A stretch of 64,000 nucleotides of DNA from Thermoanaerobaculum sp. (lineage in GTDB: Bacteria; Acidobacteriota; Thermoanaerobaculia; Multivoradales; UBA5704). Location: assembly GCA_021154885.1 (NCBI GenBank), contig JAJKHS010000041.1, positions 66,441 to 130,440 on the forward strand. Reading direction: 5' to 3'. Below the pieces are notes generated by a model. The model was not told where the DNA came from and searched no databases. It was given only the letters and a program-made list of their open reading frames with translations. Made by a program: the position numbers and the translations under genes. The number at the start of each line of letters is the position of its first letter. Within the stretch, counting starts at the first letter, position 1. This document shows, piece by piece, positions 53,217 to 62,192 of the stretch.

Positions 53217-53671
53217 TGAGCCCTCGCCGAACCTCCCTCGTCCTCCTCCTCCTCAGCGCCGCACTGTCTTTTACAATGCTCGGCCAAGCCCGGGCCGAAT
53301 CGCCGAAGACCGAGATCCAGGGCGCGGCGATCCTCGATCACCCCTGTGGCAAGGTCGCCGTCAAGCACATGGGGCTGGTCCATGCCGGAAAGCTCGAAGA
53401 GGCCGCCAAGCTCGGCACCCAGGAGATGCAGGACGGGTGGAAAGCCCTGCCCGCCGACGACCGCAAGATGATGACCGAGATGATGAAGGCGACGTCGAAA
53501 TCGGGGGAGCAGTTCTCGGCGGAGATCAAGGCCGGCGGGCTCCTGGTCGTCGAAGGCAAGAGCGCAACGCTGACCGTCAAGCAGGACCACAAGGACGCCA
53601 ACGGCACCAGCAGCGAAACGCTGACGCAGCGCTACGTGCTCGACGGCGCCACGTGCCGGATCTCGCGGTAG
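53217..53671 (+). CDS. Secreted hypothetical protein (151 aa)
   Basis: An AGGAG ribosome-binding site is present. The signal peptide is MSPRRTSLVLLLLSAALSFTMLGQARA. Confidence 0.5.
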
Positions 53672-53815
53672 TCCCATAAGCAAGGACGCCAAGGACATCA
53701 AGGACACGAAGATCGCTGAGACCGGGGCTTCCTGGTCTTCAACGTCCTTGGTGTCCCTGCCGTCCTTGCCGTCCTTGGCACCGTCACTTGACAGTCTCAG
53801 CCGTGATCGGCTCGA

Positions 53816-54643
53816 TCACGATTTGACGCACATGCGCCGCTGGTTCGACCACTCGTACTGGCAGCCGTAGCTGCCCGTGCCGAAGAACGGCGAGGGCGTC
53901 CAGGCGCATTTGTCGTCGATCTCGGCGCCTGAGCTGTCCCACCAGCCGCCGCCCGTCGGATCGGTCACCGCCTCGCGGGTTTCGTGACAGAAGAAGTGCT
54001 CCTGGTTCTGCACGTCCGACCAGCTCGTGACCTTGCAGCCGCTGCAGCTCGGATAAGGCTGGATCGAATACTTGATGGCGTTGGCGCCGCTGCCGTTCGA
54101 GCTGTGATAAGCGCAGTAGGCGAGGGCGGGGCCGCCGCACGAGGTGGCTCCCGTGCCGTCGTCGGAGTACGAGGTCCTCGGGATCACCACCTCGTAGACC
54201 GTGCTGGCGTCGAAGGCATTGAACGCCAGATAACGGTTCACCTCGGCCCGGACGTTTGAGTCGGTGACCTTGGCCGGCGGCGCCGAGGTGTCGAACCAGT
54301 CGGGGGTTCCCGCGCCGAGGTTCGACGGTTGCACTCCGTACTCCTGAAGGACTTTGTATTCGGGGCTGGTGCCGAACTGGTTGCGGTCGGCCTGCAAGGT
54401 CCGGGCGTACGCGAAATCGGGAGAGGCGGCGTTGTTGAAGCTCGGTCCCCAGAAGACGAAGACCACTTTCGCCGAGACGATGATCCCGCCGCCATGGTTG
54501 ATCACGTTTCCGGCCTTGGCCACGATGGCGCCCCGGGCCGGAGTGTAGATGATTTGGGCCGGCAGCTCCTGGGCCGCGGCGGTCGCGGCCATGGCCAGGC
54601 CGCAAGACAGCGCCAACGGGTACTTGAGATCCTTCAGTCTCAT
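53816..54643 (-). CDS. Secreted cysteine-rich hypothetical protein (275 aa), last gene of the ECF sigma operon
   Basis: An AAGGAGG ribosome-binding site lies 5 nt upstream of ATG 54643. The signal peptide is MRLKDLKYPLALSCGLAMAATAAAQ. Eleven cysteines are present and there is no known domain. Confidence 0.55.
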   Translation of the reverse strand: MRLKDLKYPLALSCGLAMAATAAAQELPAQIIYTPARGAIVAKAGNVINHGGGIIVSAKVVFVFWGPSFNNAASPDFAYARTLQADRNQFGTSPEYKVLQEYGVQPSNLGAGTPDWFDTSAPPAKVTDSNVRAEVNRYLAFNAFDASTVYEVVIPRTSYSDDGTGATSCGGPALAYCAYHSSNGSGANAIKYSIQPYPSCSGCKVTSWSDVQNQEHFFCHETREAVTDPTGGGWWDSSGAEIDDKCAWTPSPFFGTGSYGCQYEWSNQRRMCVKS

Positions 54644-54724
54644 CACGACCTCCTTCATAGATCGTCGTCGAATGGCTCTCGATCGCTCTACAGATCAGAG
54701 TGCGGGAGGTCGTGAAAAGCGCGC

Positions 54725-55156
54725 TCACTCCGTCCGCTTGCGCAGCTCCATGAGCTTGGCCTGCTGCGGCTCGCTGAGCAGGTTCTTGAGGCGAATGAGG
54801 AGAGAGAGCTGCGTCCGCTTGATGTCCCGCTCGAGGGCCAGGACCTTGTCCGCCGCCGCCAGCACCGCCGCCTCGTCCACCGGCCGGGCCTGAAGCAGGT
54901 GGACCATCTTCTGGGTCGCCTCTTGCAGCTCAAACTGCAGGTCGACGAACTTCGACTGGGCCTTCTGCACGCTCTCCTTGACCGCCGTGCGCTGCCGCTC
55001 GTCGAGGCCGAGGTCCTGGCTGTACTTCATCACCACGTCGGGCGGGAAGAGGTATTTGCCGAGCGGATCGTCGCCCGCGGGCTCGGCCCACGCGACGGCG
55101 GCGGTGGCGAGCGCGGCGAGGAGGAGGAAAAGGGCTCTCAGTTTCATAGTGCTCAT
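54725..55156 (-). CDS. Periplasmic LTXXQ-motif (Spy/CpxP/ZraP-like) protein
   Basis: The signal peptide is MSTMKLRALFLLLAALATAAVAWA. A helical body carries LDERQ and LSEPQ motifs. It overlaps the anti-sigma gene by 4 nt. Confidence 0.6.
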   Translation of the reverse strand: MSTMKLRALFLLLAALATAAVAWAEPAGDDPLGKYLFPPDVVMKYSQDLGLDERQRTAVKESVQKAQSKFVDLQFELQEATQKMVHLLQARPVDEAAVLAAADKVLALERDIKRTQLSLLIRLKNLLSEPQQAKLMELRKRTE

Positions 55157-55575
55157 GACGGGGATCTCCTTTCTTGAGAGGGTGGGGTTGGGCTGAAATC
55201 GAGCAGGCTGCGGTCGAGGCGCGCCGGGTCGGCGAGGATCTCCCGGCCGGAGGTTTCGAGCAGGAACTCGGTGGGGGAGCGCCACTCGGCGAGCGACGAC
55301 GCGCCTTCAGCGGAGGCTCCGCCGGCAGGGGGGCCGGGCTTCCGCAGGCCGAGCCAGGCGGCGAGCGCGACGAGCACGACGAGGGCGATCGCCGCCGCGG
55401 CCGCTGCCAGCAGGCGGGGACGCCGTGGCGAGGGGCTGCGCCGGGAGCGCGCCCGGCCGCGCCGCACCACCTCGGCGAAGGGCGGGCACTGCTCCCCCTC
55501 TTCGCGGCGCAAGGCCGAGAAGGCCGCCGCCAGCTCGCGATCGTCGCGTTCGCGTTCGCGGTCACCGCGGCTCAT
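55153..55575 (-). CDS. Putative anti-sigma factor (single transmembrane helix)
   Basis: Length is 140 aa. A cytoplasmic N-terminus with a Cys near FAEV is followed by the transmembrane helix LLAAAAAAIALVVLVALAAWL. It overlaps the sigma gene stop by 4 nt. Confidence 0.55.
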   Translation of the reverse strand: MSRGDRERERDDRELAAAFSALRREEGEQCPPFAEVVRRGRARSRRSPSPRRPRLLAAAAAAIALVVLVALAAWLGLRKPGPPAGGASAEGASSLAEWRSPTEFLLETSGREILADPARLDRSLLDFSPTPPSQERRSPS

Positions 55576-56105
55576 GGCCGGGCCTCCTGCGCGAGCGGTG
55601 CGAAGGGGCCGAGCCGCTCCTGAAGTCCCGCCTTGCCGCGGTGGTAGTGCGTGCGGGCGCTGCCCAGCGAGATGCCGAGGACGCGCGCCGCCTCTTCGAC
55701 GGTCAGGTCCTGATAGAAGACGAGATGGAGCACTTCGCGCTGGCGGGCCGGCAGGGCTTGCAGCGCCGCGCGCAGGGAGCGGCTCGTCTCCGCGGCGCCG
55801 AGGAGCGACTCGGGGGTCGGCACCGGCGCCGGGCTCGGGCGCCCGTCGCGCCAGCGCAGGCCCGCCACGCTGCGCAGCCAGCGGCTGCGTCGCCGCTCGG
55901 CCGCGGTGCGGCGGATGACGCCGAAGAGCCACGTCTTGAAGCTCGACCGCTCGTCGAAGCGGGCGCGGCCGTCCAGGATCTTGAGATAGGTCATCTGCAG
56001 CACCTCCTCGGCTTCGTCCCGATCCCACCGGCAGCAACTGAGGGCCCAGCCGGCGCTGGCCGGGTGGAGCTCCTCGAGGCATCGTTCGACGGGTTCGCCG
56101 GTCAT
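55572..56105 (-). CDS. ECF-type RNA polymerase sigma factor
   Basis: Sigma-70 region 2 is YLKILDGRARFDERSSFKTWLFGVIRR. Region 4 is LPARQREVLHLVFYQDLTVEEAARVLGISLGSARTHYHRG. Confidence 0.85.
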   Translation of the reverse strand: MTGEPVERCLEELHPASAGWALSCCRWDRDEAEEVLQMTYLKILDGRARFDERSSFKTWLFGVIRRTAAERRRSRWLRSVAGLRWRDGRPSPAPVPTPESLLGAAETSRSLRAALQALPARQREVLHLVFYQDLTVEEAARVLGISLGSARTHYHRGKAGLQERLGPFAPLAQEARP

Positions 56106-56238
56106 CGGGCTCCGGTCCTCGCGGCGCAGGTGCGAGGGGCGTTCATGACCTGAGTGGTGCGGGAGGGCGGGGTCATATGACCTGGGGCTGAAAATCTCGG
56201 TTAGGTGACCGGAGGACAACTGTGCTAGGGTCTCAGAC

Positions 56239-56253
56239 CATTCTTTGGCACCG
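56239..56253 (+). promoter_or_regulatory. Possible sigma-54 (-24/-12) element TGGCAC-N5-CTGC upstream of the M36 protease gene
   Basis: The sequence is ttTGGCACcgtagCTGCg, about 185 nt upstream of the start. The -12 half matches imperfectly. Confidence 0.2.
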
Positions 56254-56437
56254 TAGCTGCGACCTCAGGCGTCCCGACGAAGCTCATAGGAGGTGAGACC
56301 GTGTCGGACCTAGTCAGGGGTGGCGTGAGCCGCCGCCTCGTCTTCCCAGCCTCCCTGTCTACTTTTGCGCCCTGCCTGTTTTCCGGGCTCATGGAGCCCG
56401 TGTTTTCAACGCCTTGCCAGATTCAGGAGGTAACATC

Positions 56438-59400
56438 TTGTTGAGCCTCGCCCGAGGTAGCATCGTTCTGATCGCCGTGCTCACCTGCCTCTCGCCCGCG
56501 GGAGCGGTTTCCGCTCCCCCCCTCTTGGCCAGGCCCTCGCTCGGCAACATGGTCGATGCCCGGGTCAATTACAAGCAGGCGTACGAACGGGCCACCGCCG
56601 TGCGTGGCGCGCGGGTGGCCTCCGGCCTCTCCGAGGCCCGTACCCAGGCGGCATCCATCGCCACCGCCATCGCCAAGCACCGGGCCTCGCAGCCCGGTCT
56701 CGAGGTGAGGCTGTCGAACCTGACCGGCGCTCCGTCGGCGGTACGCAGCAAGATCGGCCCGCTGACCGGGCCCGCCCCGGGCCGCAGCAGCGAGGACATC
56801 GTCCGCGACTTCCTGCGCCAGTACGGCGACGTCTACGGCCTGTCGAGCGCCGACGCCGCCGACCTCGTCGCCCTGGGGGACAGCCCCGGCGGCACGAGCG
56901 GCCTGCGCATGCTCCGCCTGGAGCAGCAGATCGACGGCCGTCCCGTGTTCCAGAGCGAGACCCGCTTCCTCCTCGACCGTGAGGGGCGGCTGATGAAGAC
57001 CCTCGGCCTGATGGTGCCGCATGCGCGCGCCTTCGCCGGGCGGGTCGATCCGGCGAGCCTGATGCTGCCGGAGCAGGCCGTCGTCCGCCTGCTCGAGGCC
57101 GACGGCAAGACCGCCGTGGCTTCGTCGTTCGCCGTCGCCGCCGAGGAGAACGGACGGATGGTGCTGTCGGAGAACGACGGCTTCGTCGCCGGCCCCATCG
57201 CCGCCCGCCAGGTGCTCTTCCCGCTCGCCCCCGGCCTGCTGGTGCCGGCCTGGTCGCTGGTGGTGTTCACCGAGGGCGATCAGGACTGGTACGCCATCGT
57301 CGACGCCGAGACCGGCGACGTGCTGTGGCGCAAGAACATCCGCGACTACGCCTCGGCTCACGACGCCCGCTTCCGCGTCTACGTGCAGGCCGACGGCACG
57401 ACGCCGGCCGACAGCCCGGCGCCCCAGTCGCCGGACACCGCGGTGCCCGGCGGCGGCACTCAGTACCCGGAGATCGCGCCCACGGTCGTCAGCATGCACA
57501 CCGCCATGGACCCGGTCGCGAGCCCGAACGGCTGGATCGACGATTGCCCGGCCGGCGGCTGCACCGCCAACGAGACCCAGACCCTGGGCAACAACGCGGT
57601 CGCCTGCCTGGACCGGACGGTCGGCGGAGCGAACACCAACGCCTGCGATACGGATGTCAACAGCGTGCTCGATGGCAGCGGGAAGCCGATGGGCAACCCG
57701 GACTCCAACAGCCGCAACCGCGACTTCCTCGGCACCACGCCGCGCGACTTCCAGACCGGCTTCATCCCGCCGCCGCAGGGCGGCAACCCGGAAGCCGGCC
57801 AGTCGGCGACCAACGCCGTGACGGCCACGTCGGCCGCCGAGAACAGCTTCCGCCGCGGCGTCGTGACCCACCTCTTCTACGTCGTCAACTGGTATCACGA
57901 CCAGCTCTTCAAGCTCGGCTTCGACGAGGCCGCGGGCAACTTCCAGCGCACCAACTTCAGCGGCATGGGCCTGGGCAACGACCGCGTCAATGCCGACGCG
58001 GAGGACGGCGGCAGCACCAACAACGCCAACTTCTCGACGCCGCCCGACGGCACCTCGGGACGGGCGCAGATGTACCGCTTCACGGGTCCCACCATCGACC
58101 GCGACGGCGACCTCGACCAGGAAGTGCTGATGCACGAGCTGACGCACGGCACCAGCAACCGGCTGGTGGGCAACGCCGCCGGCCTCAACTGGGATCCGGC
58201 GCGCGGCATGGGCGAGGGCTGGAGCGACTTCGTGGCCCTCTCCCTGCTCAACAACACCAACGCCGACAATCCCGTGGGCCAGTACGCGAGCGGCGCCTAC
58301 GCCACCTACAAGTTCCTGGGTTTACTCGACAACTACGTCTACGGCATCCGCCGCTTCCCCTACACCCCCAATCACGCCATCAACCCGATGACCTGGGCCG
58401 ACGTCGACGACGTCACCTACAACACGAGCGGCGGGATCCCCGAGACCCCAATCCCCAATTTCAGCCTGGCCGGCGCCATGGAGGTCCACAACTCGGGCGA
58501 GATCTGGGCCTTGACTCTGTGGGGGGTGCGCTCCCGGATCATCCTGGATCCGGTAGGGGCCAACGGCAACGTGCCGGCCGGCAACCACACGATGCTTCAA
58601 CTGGTCATCAACGGGCTCAAGATGACGCCGATCAACCCGAGCTTCACCGACGCCCGTAATGCCATCATCGACGCCGACTGCGCCACCAACGCCTGCGCCA
58701 ACGAGCAGTCGATCTGGGACGGCTTCGCCGACCGCGGTCTGGGCTACGGCGCCCATGCCGATTACAACGTCATCGGCCGCTACGTGGCGAGCCACGAGGG
58801 CGTCCACGAGTCGTTCACCTCGCCGGTGCTCGACGTGGTCGATCCCTTGACCGACGTCACCATCGACGACAGCGCCGACAACAACAACGGCGCCGTCGAT
58901 CCGGGCGAGGCGGTCAAGCTCACGGTCAAGCTGACCAACCCCTGGCGCGGCGCGGGCAAGGCCGTCACCGGCGGCACGGCGACCCTCACCACCTCCACCC
59001 CCGGCGTGACGATCTACGACAACACGGCGAGCTTCGGCGCCATCGCGCCGCAGGGCACGGCCGTCGCCGGTGACAGCTTCACCATCACCGTGGATCCGTC
59101 GGTCGTCTGCGGCAGCGCCATCGACTTCACGCTTTCCACCACCTCGAACATCGGCACCACCTCCACCACCTTCCGCCTGCGGGTGGGCAACCGCAACGGC
59201 ACCGACGCGGTCGTGACCTACACGGGCGATCCCAATCCGGACCTCACCATCACCAACGGCCGCCCCCGCGGCGTCTTCCATCAGATCAACGTCACCGACG
59301 ACTTCGAGATCGCGGACGTCAATTTCCGCCTCGACAGCGTCACCCACCCCGGCGTCGGCGACCTGACCGCCATGCTGCGCTCGCCGGGCGGCATCGGCGT

Positions 59401-61126
59401 CGACATGGTCATGTTGATCGACGGTCTCAACGACCTCGGCGGCACCAGCATCGTCAACATGGTGATCGACGACGACGTGGTGCCCGGACCGACGACCGAC
59501 ATGGTCGAGGCGACGACAGCCGACGCGCCGTACACCCGGTCGTGGCTGCCGGTCTACAACTCGCCCTGGGCGGCCCTCGTCAATCCGGCTCTGCCGGCGG
59601 ACCCCGTGGGCAACCTGACGCCTTTCAACGGCTTGAGCACCAAGGGAACCTGGTCGACGCTGATGGCCGACGTGTTCACGGCGTCTCAGGGTGGCACGGA
59701 CGGCAACGGCACCTTCAACGCCTGGTCGATCCTCGTCACGCCCGTCCACTTCGACTGCGTGGCCTTCGTGGCGTCGGCCGCCGTGACGGCGACCAAGACG
59801 GTGACCGGCACCTTCCGGGTCGGCGGCACCGTGACCTACACCGTGACGCTCACCAACAACGGCACCGCCAACCAGGCTGACAACGCCGGCCACGAATTCA
59901 CCGACACCCTGCCGGCCGGCCTGACGCTGGTCAGCGCCACCGCCACCAGCGGCACGGCGGCGACCGCGGGCAACACCGTCAACTGGGACGGCTCGCTCGC
60001 ACCTCTGGGCGGCAGCGTCACCATCACCATCACCGCCACCGTCAACGCCGGTGCTCAAGGCACGACGATCAGCAACCAGGGCACCGCGTCATTCGACAGC
60101 AACAACGACGGCACCAACGACGCGACTGCCTCCACCGACGATCCGGGAGTCGGCGGCGCCACCGACCCGACGGTCTTCGCCGTCGCCAACGCCGCGGTGA
60201 CGGGCACCAAGACGGTGAGCGGCACCTTCAAGACCGGCGGCACCGTCACCTACACCATCGTGCTCTCGAACTCGGGCTCGTCGGCCTCGCCCGACAACCC
60301 CGGCAACGAGCTCACCGACGCCGTGCCCGCCGGCCTGACGGTCGTCAGCGCCACCGCCACCAGCGGCACGGCGGCCAACGCGGGCAACAACGTCACCTGG
60401 AACGGCAGCATCCCGGCAGCCGGCAGCGTGACCCTCACCATCACCGCCACGGTCAACGCCGGCGCGCAGGGGACCACGCAATGCAACCAGGCGAGCTTCG
60501 CCTTCGACGCCGACCTGAACGGCACCAACGAATCGACGGGCACGACGGATGATCCGGCGGTCGGCGGTGCCAACGACCCGACGTGTCTGGCGGTCCAGGG
60601 AGTGGCTCTCTCGGCCACCAAGACCGCGAGCGGCACCTTCGTGACCGGCAGCACGGTGACCTACACGGTGGTCATCTCCAACACCGGCAACACGGCCTCG
60701 CTCGACACCCCCGCCAGCGACGAGTTCACCGACGTCCTGCCGGCGTCGCTGACGCTGGTCAACGCCACGGCGACCTCGGGCACGGCGACGCCGAGCGGCA
60801 ACACCGTGACCTGGAACGGGACCATCCCCGCCGGCGGCACCGTGACCATCACCATCACCGCCACCATCAACGTCGGCTTTGCGCAGACCACGGTCAGCAA
60901 CCAGGGGAGAGTCTCCTTCGACTCCGACCTCGACGGCACCAACGACACGACGGTCCAGACCGACGACCCGGCGGTCGGCGGCGCCAGCGACCCGACGACG
61001 TTCGTGGTCTCCCCGGCCACGGCGGCCGAGGTGCCGACGCTCTCCGAGTGGGGCCTTGCTCTCCTCGGTCTCAGCCTGCTCCTCGCCGGCTGGAGCGTGA
61101 TGCGCCGCCGGACGGAGCGGGCTTAA
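56438..61126 (+). CDS. Secreted M36 (fungalysin-type) zinc metalloprotease with P-domain-like region, four DUF11 repeats and an IPTL-CTERM sorting tail
   Basis: AGGAGG precedes a TTG start 7 nt downstream. The signal peptide is LLSLARGSIVLIAVLTCLSPAGAVSA. HELTHGTSNRL is followed by GEGWSDF, the M36 signature. Four repeats of about 130 aa each contain T-x-T-x-T, TVTYT and DDPAVGGA motifs. The C-terminus is IPTLSEWGLALLGLSLLLAGWSVMRRRTERA. Confidence 0.85.
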   Translation: MLSLARGSIVLIAVLTCLSPAGAVSAPPLLARPSLGNMVDARVNYKQAYERATAVRGARVASGLSEARTQAASIATAIAKHRASQPGLEVRLSNLTGAPSAVRSKIGPLTGPAPGRSSEDIVRDFLRQYGDVYGLSSADAADLVALGDSPGGTSGLRMLRLEQQIDGRPVFQSETRFLLDREGRLMKTLGLMVPHARAFAGRVDPASLMLPEQAVVRLLEADGKTAVASSFAVAAEENGRMVLSENDGFVAGPIAARQVLFPLAPGLLVPAWSLVVFTEGDQDWYAIVDAETGDVLWRKNIRDYASAHDARFRVYVQADGTTPADSPAPQSPDTAVPGGGTQYPEIAPTVVSMHTAMDPVASPNGWIDDCPAGGCTANETQTLGNNAVACLDRTVGGANTNACDTDVNSVLDGSGKPMGNPDSNSRNRDFLGTTPRDFQTGFIPPPQGGNPEAGQSATNAVTATSAAENSFRRGVVTHLFYVVNWYHDQLFKLGFDEAAGNFQRTNFSGMGLGNDRVNADAEDGGSTNNANFSTPPDGTSGRAQMYRFTGPTIDRDGDLDQEVLMHELTHGTSNRLVGNAAGLNWDPARGMGEGWSDFVALSLLNNTNADNPVGQYASGAYATYKFLGLLDNYVYGIRRFPYTPNHAINPMTWADVDDVTYNTSGGIPETPIPNFSLAGAMEVHNSGEIWALTLWGVRSRIILDPVGANGNVPAGNHTMLQLVINGLKMTPINPSFTDARNAIIDADCATNACANEQSIWDGFADRGLGYGAHADYNVIGRYVASHEGVHESFTSPVLDVVDPLTDVTIDDSADNNNGAVDPGEAVKLTVKLTNPWRGAGKAVTGGTATLTTSTPGVTIYDNTASFGAIAPQGTAVAGDSFTITVDPSVVCGSAIDFTLSTTSNIGTTSTTFRLRVGNRNGTDAVVTYTGDPNPDLTITNGRPRGVFHQINVTDDFEIADVNFRLDSVTHPGVGDLTAMLRSPGGIGVDMVMLIDGLNDLGGTSIVNMVIDDDVVPGPTTDMVEATTADAPYTRSWLPVYNSPWAALVNPALPADPVGNLTPFNGLSTKGTWSTLMADVFTASQGGTDGNGTFNAWSILVTPVHFDCVAFVASAAVTATKTVTGTFRVGGTVTYTVTLTNNGTANQADNAGHEFTDTLPAGLTLVSATATSGTAATAGNTVNWDGSLAPLGGSVTITITATVNAGAQGTTISNQGTASFDSNNDGTNDATASTDDPGVGGATDPTVFAVANAAVTGTKTVSGTFKTGGTVTYTIVLSNSGSSASPDNPGNELTDAVPAGLTVVSATATSGTAANAGNNVTWNGSIPAAGSVTLTITATVNAGAQGTTQCNQASFAFDADLNGTNESTGTTDDPAVGGANDPTCLAVQGVALSATKTASGTFVTGSTVTYTVVISNTGNTASLDTPASDEFTDVLPASLTLVNATATSGTATPSGNTVTWNGTIPAGGTVTITITATINVGFAQTTVSNQGRVSFDSDLDGTNDTTVQTDDPAVGGASDPTTFVVSPATAAEVPTLSEWGLALLGLSLLLAGWSVMRRRTERA

Positions 61127-61170
61127 GGCTCGCAGCCGCACTCGCGGTCACCTGGCGGGCGTTGACGACG

Positions 61171-61205
61171 CCCCACCCCGCAGTCCGGGGGTGGGGCGTT
61201 TTTTA
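61171..61205 (+). terminator. Rho-independent terminator after the M36 protease gene
   Basis: The stem-loop reads ccccacccc-gcagtccg-ggggtgggg, followed by cgttttttatt. Confidence 0.7.
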
Positions 61206-61312
61206 TTGGAGACTTGATTGAAAGCCTGTAACGCACTGGCCGTGCGCTACGCCTATCTACGTGTGGGAGACCTTCCGGGTCTCCGAGCTGTCGTCGAAAG
61301 GAGATGTCGCAC

Positions 61313-62164
61313 ATGTCAAGACTCGGCCCGTCCGCCATGCAGCGCCGCGGAGACTCGGCCCGCCGATGCCTGACCCCGCCTCGTGCTGCGATCTGCCTTG
61401 CGCTCGTCGCCCTGCTCGCCGTGCCCGTCGCACGCGCTCAGGAGACTTCCTTCGTCGACTGGGTCCGCCAGTCCGGCTTCATTTTCATCGGCACGGTGAA
61501 GGCCCTTGGCGCCGCCACGCCGACGATCGTGCGCGAGCCGAACAGCGCCGTGGTCACGGTCGACCGTGTCCTGGAGACGTCGGCACCGGTTGGCAACCCG
61601 ACGGGGCGCGACGTGACCGTCCGTCTCCGGAATCCGCAGAAGACCCAACCCGGGGAGCGGGCGGTCTTCTTCACCTACGTCCACTCGGCCGGGGCGACGC
61701 TCGGCCTGATCGAGGTGGCGTCACAGCCGCCGGACCCGCCGGAGGTGCTCGACCGGCGTATCCAGGACGCGCGCCGGACCCTCGCCGACCAGGCTCTCGC
61801 GTCGCGGCTCGCCAGCGCCCAACTCGTGGTCGTCGGCGTGGTCGGCGAGGCGAAGCCCACCGCCGAGGCGCTGGATCCGATCAGCGAGCACGATCCGCGG
61901 TGGTGGCGCGCGCCGATCCGCGTCGAATCGTTCGAGAAGGGAAAGGCGACGGGGCAGCCGGTGTATGTGAACGTCGCCTACGGCGACGACGTGGTCTGGC
62001 GGACCGCGCCCAAGCCCAAGGCCGGAGACGGGGGCATCTTCCTGTTGCAGCCCGATCGTGAGAAGCGCTTCCGCGTTTCCGGCCTGTTCCTGATCGATCC
62101 ACTGGACTGGTTGCCGAAGAGCGAGCTCGAACGGGTCCGCCGGCTCCTCAAGGCGTCGCGCTAA
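61313..62164 (+). CDS. Secreted hypothetical protein (283 aa)
   Basis: An AAAGGAG ribosome-binding site is present. The signal peptide is ...CLALVALLAVPVARAQE. Confidence 0.5.
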   Translation: MSRLGPSAMQRRGDSARRCLTPPRAAICLALVALLAVPVARAQETSFVDWVRQSGFIFIGTVKALGAATPTIVREPNSAVVTVDRVLETSAPVGNPTGRDVTVRLRNPQKTQPGERAVFFTYVHSAGATLGLIEVASQPPDPPEVLDRRIQDARRTLADQALASRLASAQLVVVGVVGEAKPTAEALDPISEHDPRWWRAPIRVESFEKGKATGQPVYVNVAYGDDVVWRTAPKPKAGDGGIFLLQPDREKRFRVSGLFLIDPLDWLPKSELERVRRLLKASR

Positions 62165-62192
62165 AGGCTGGAGAGACCACGGAGAAACGGCC

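Noticed and set aside
53680-53810. Long GC-rich inverted repeat between convergent genes
   Set aside because: It is most simply a bidirectional terminator hairpin (caaggacgccaaggacatcaaggacacg / cgtccttggtgtccctgccgtccttgccgtccttgg), not a mobile element.
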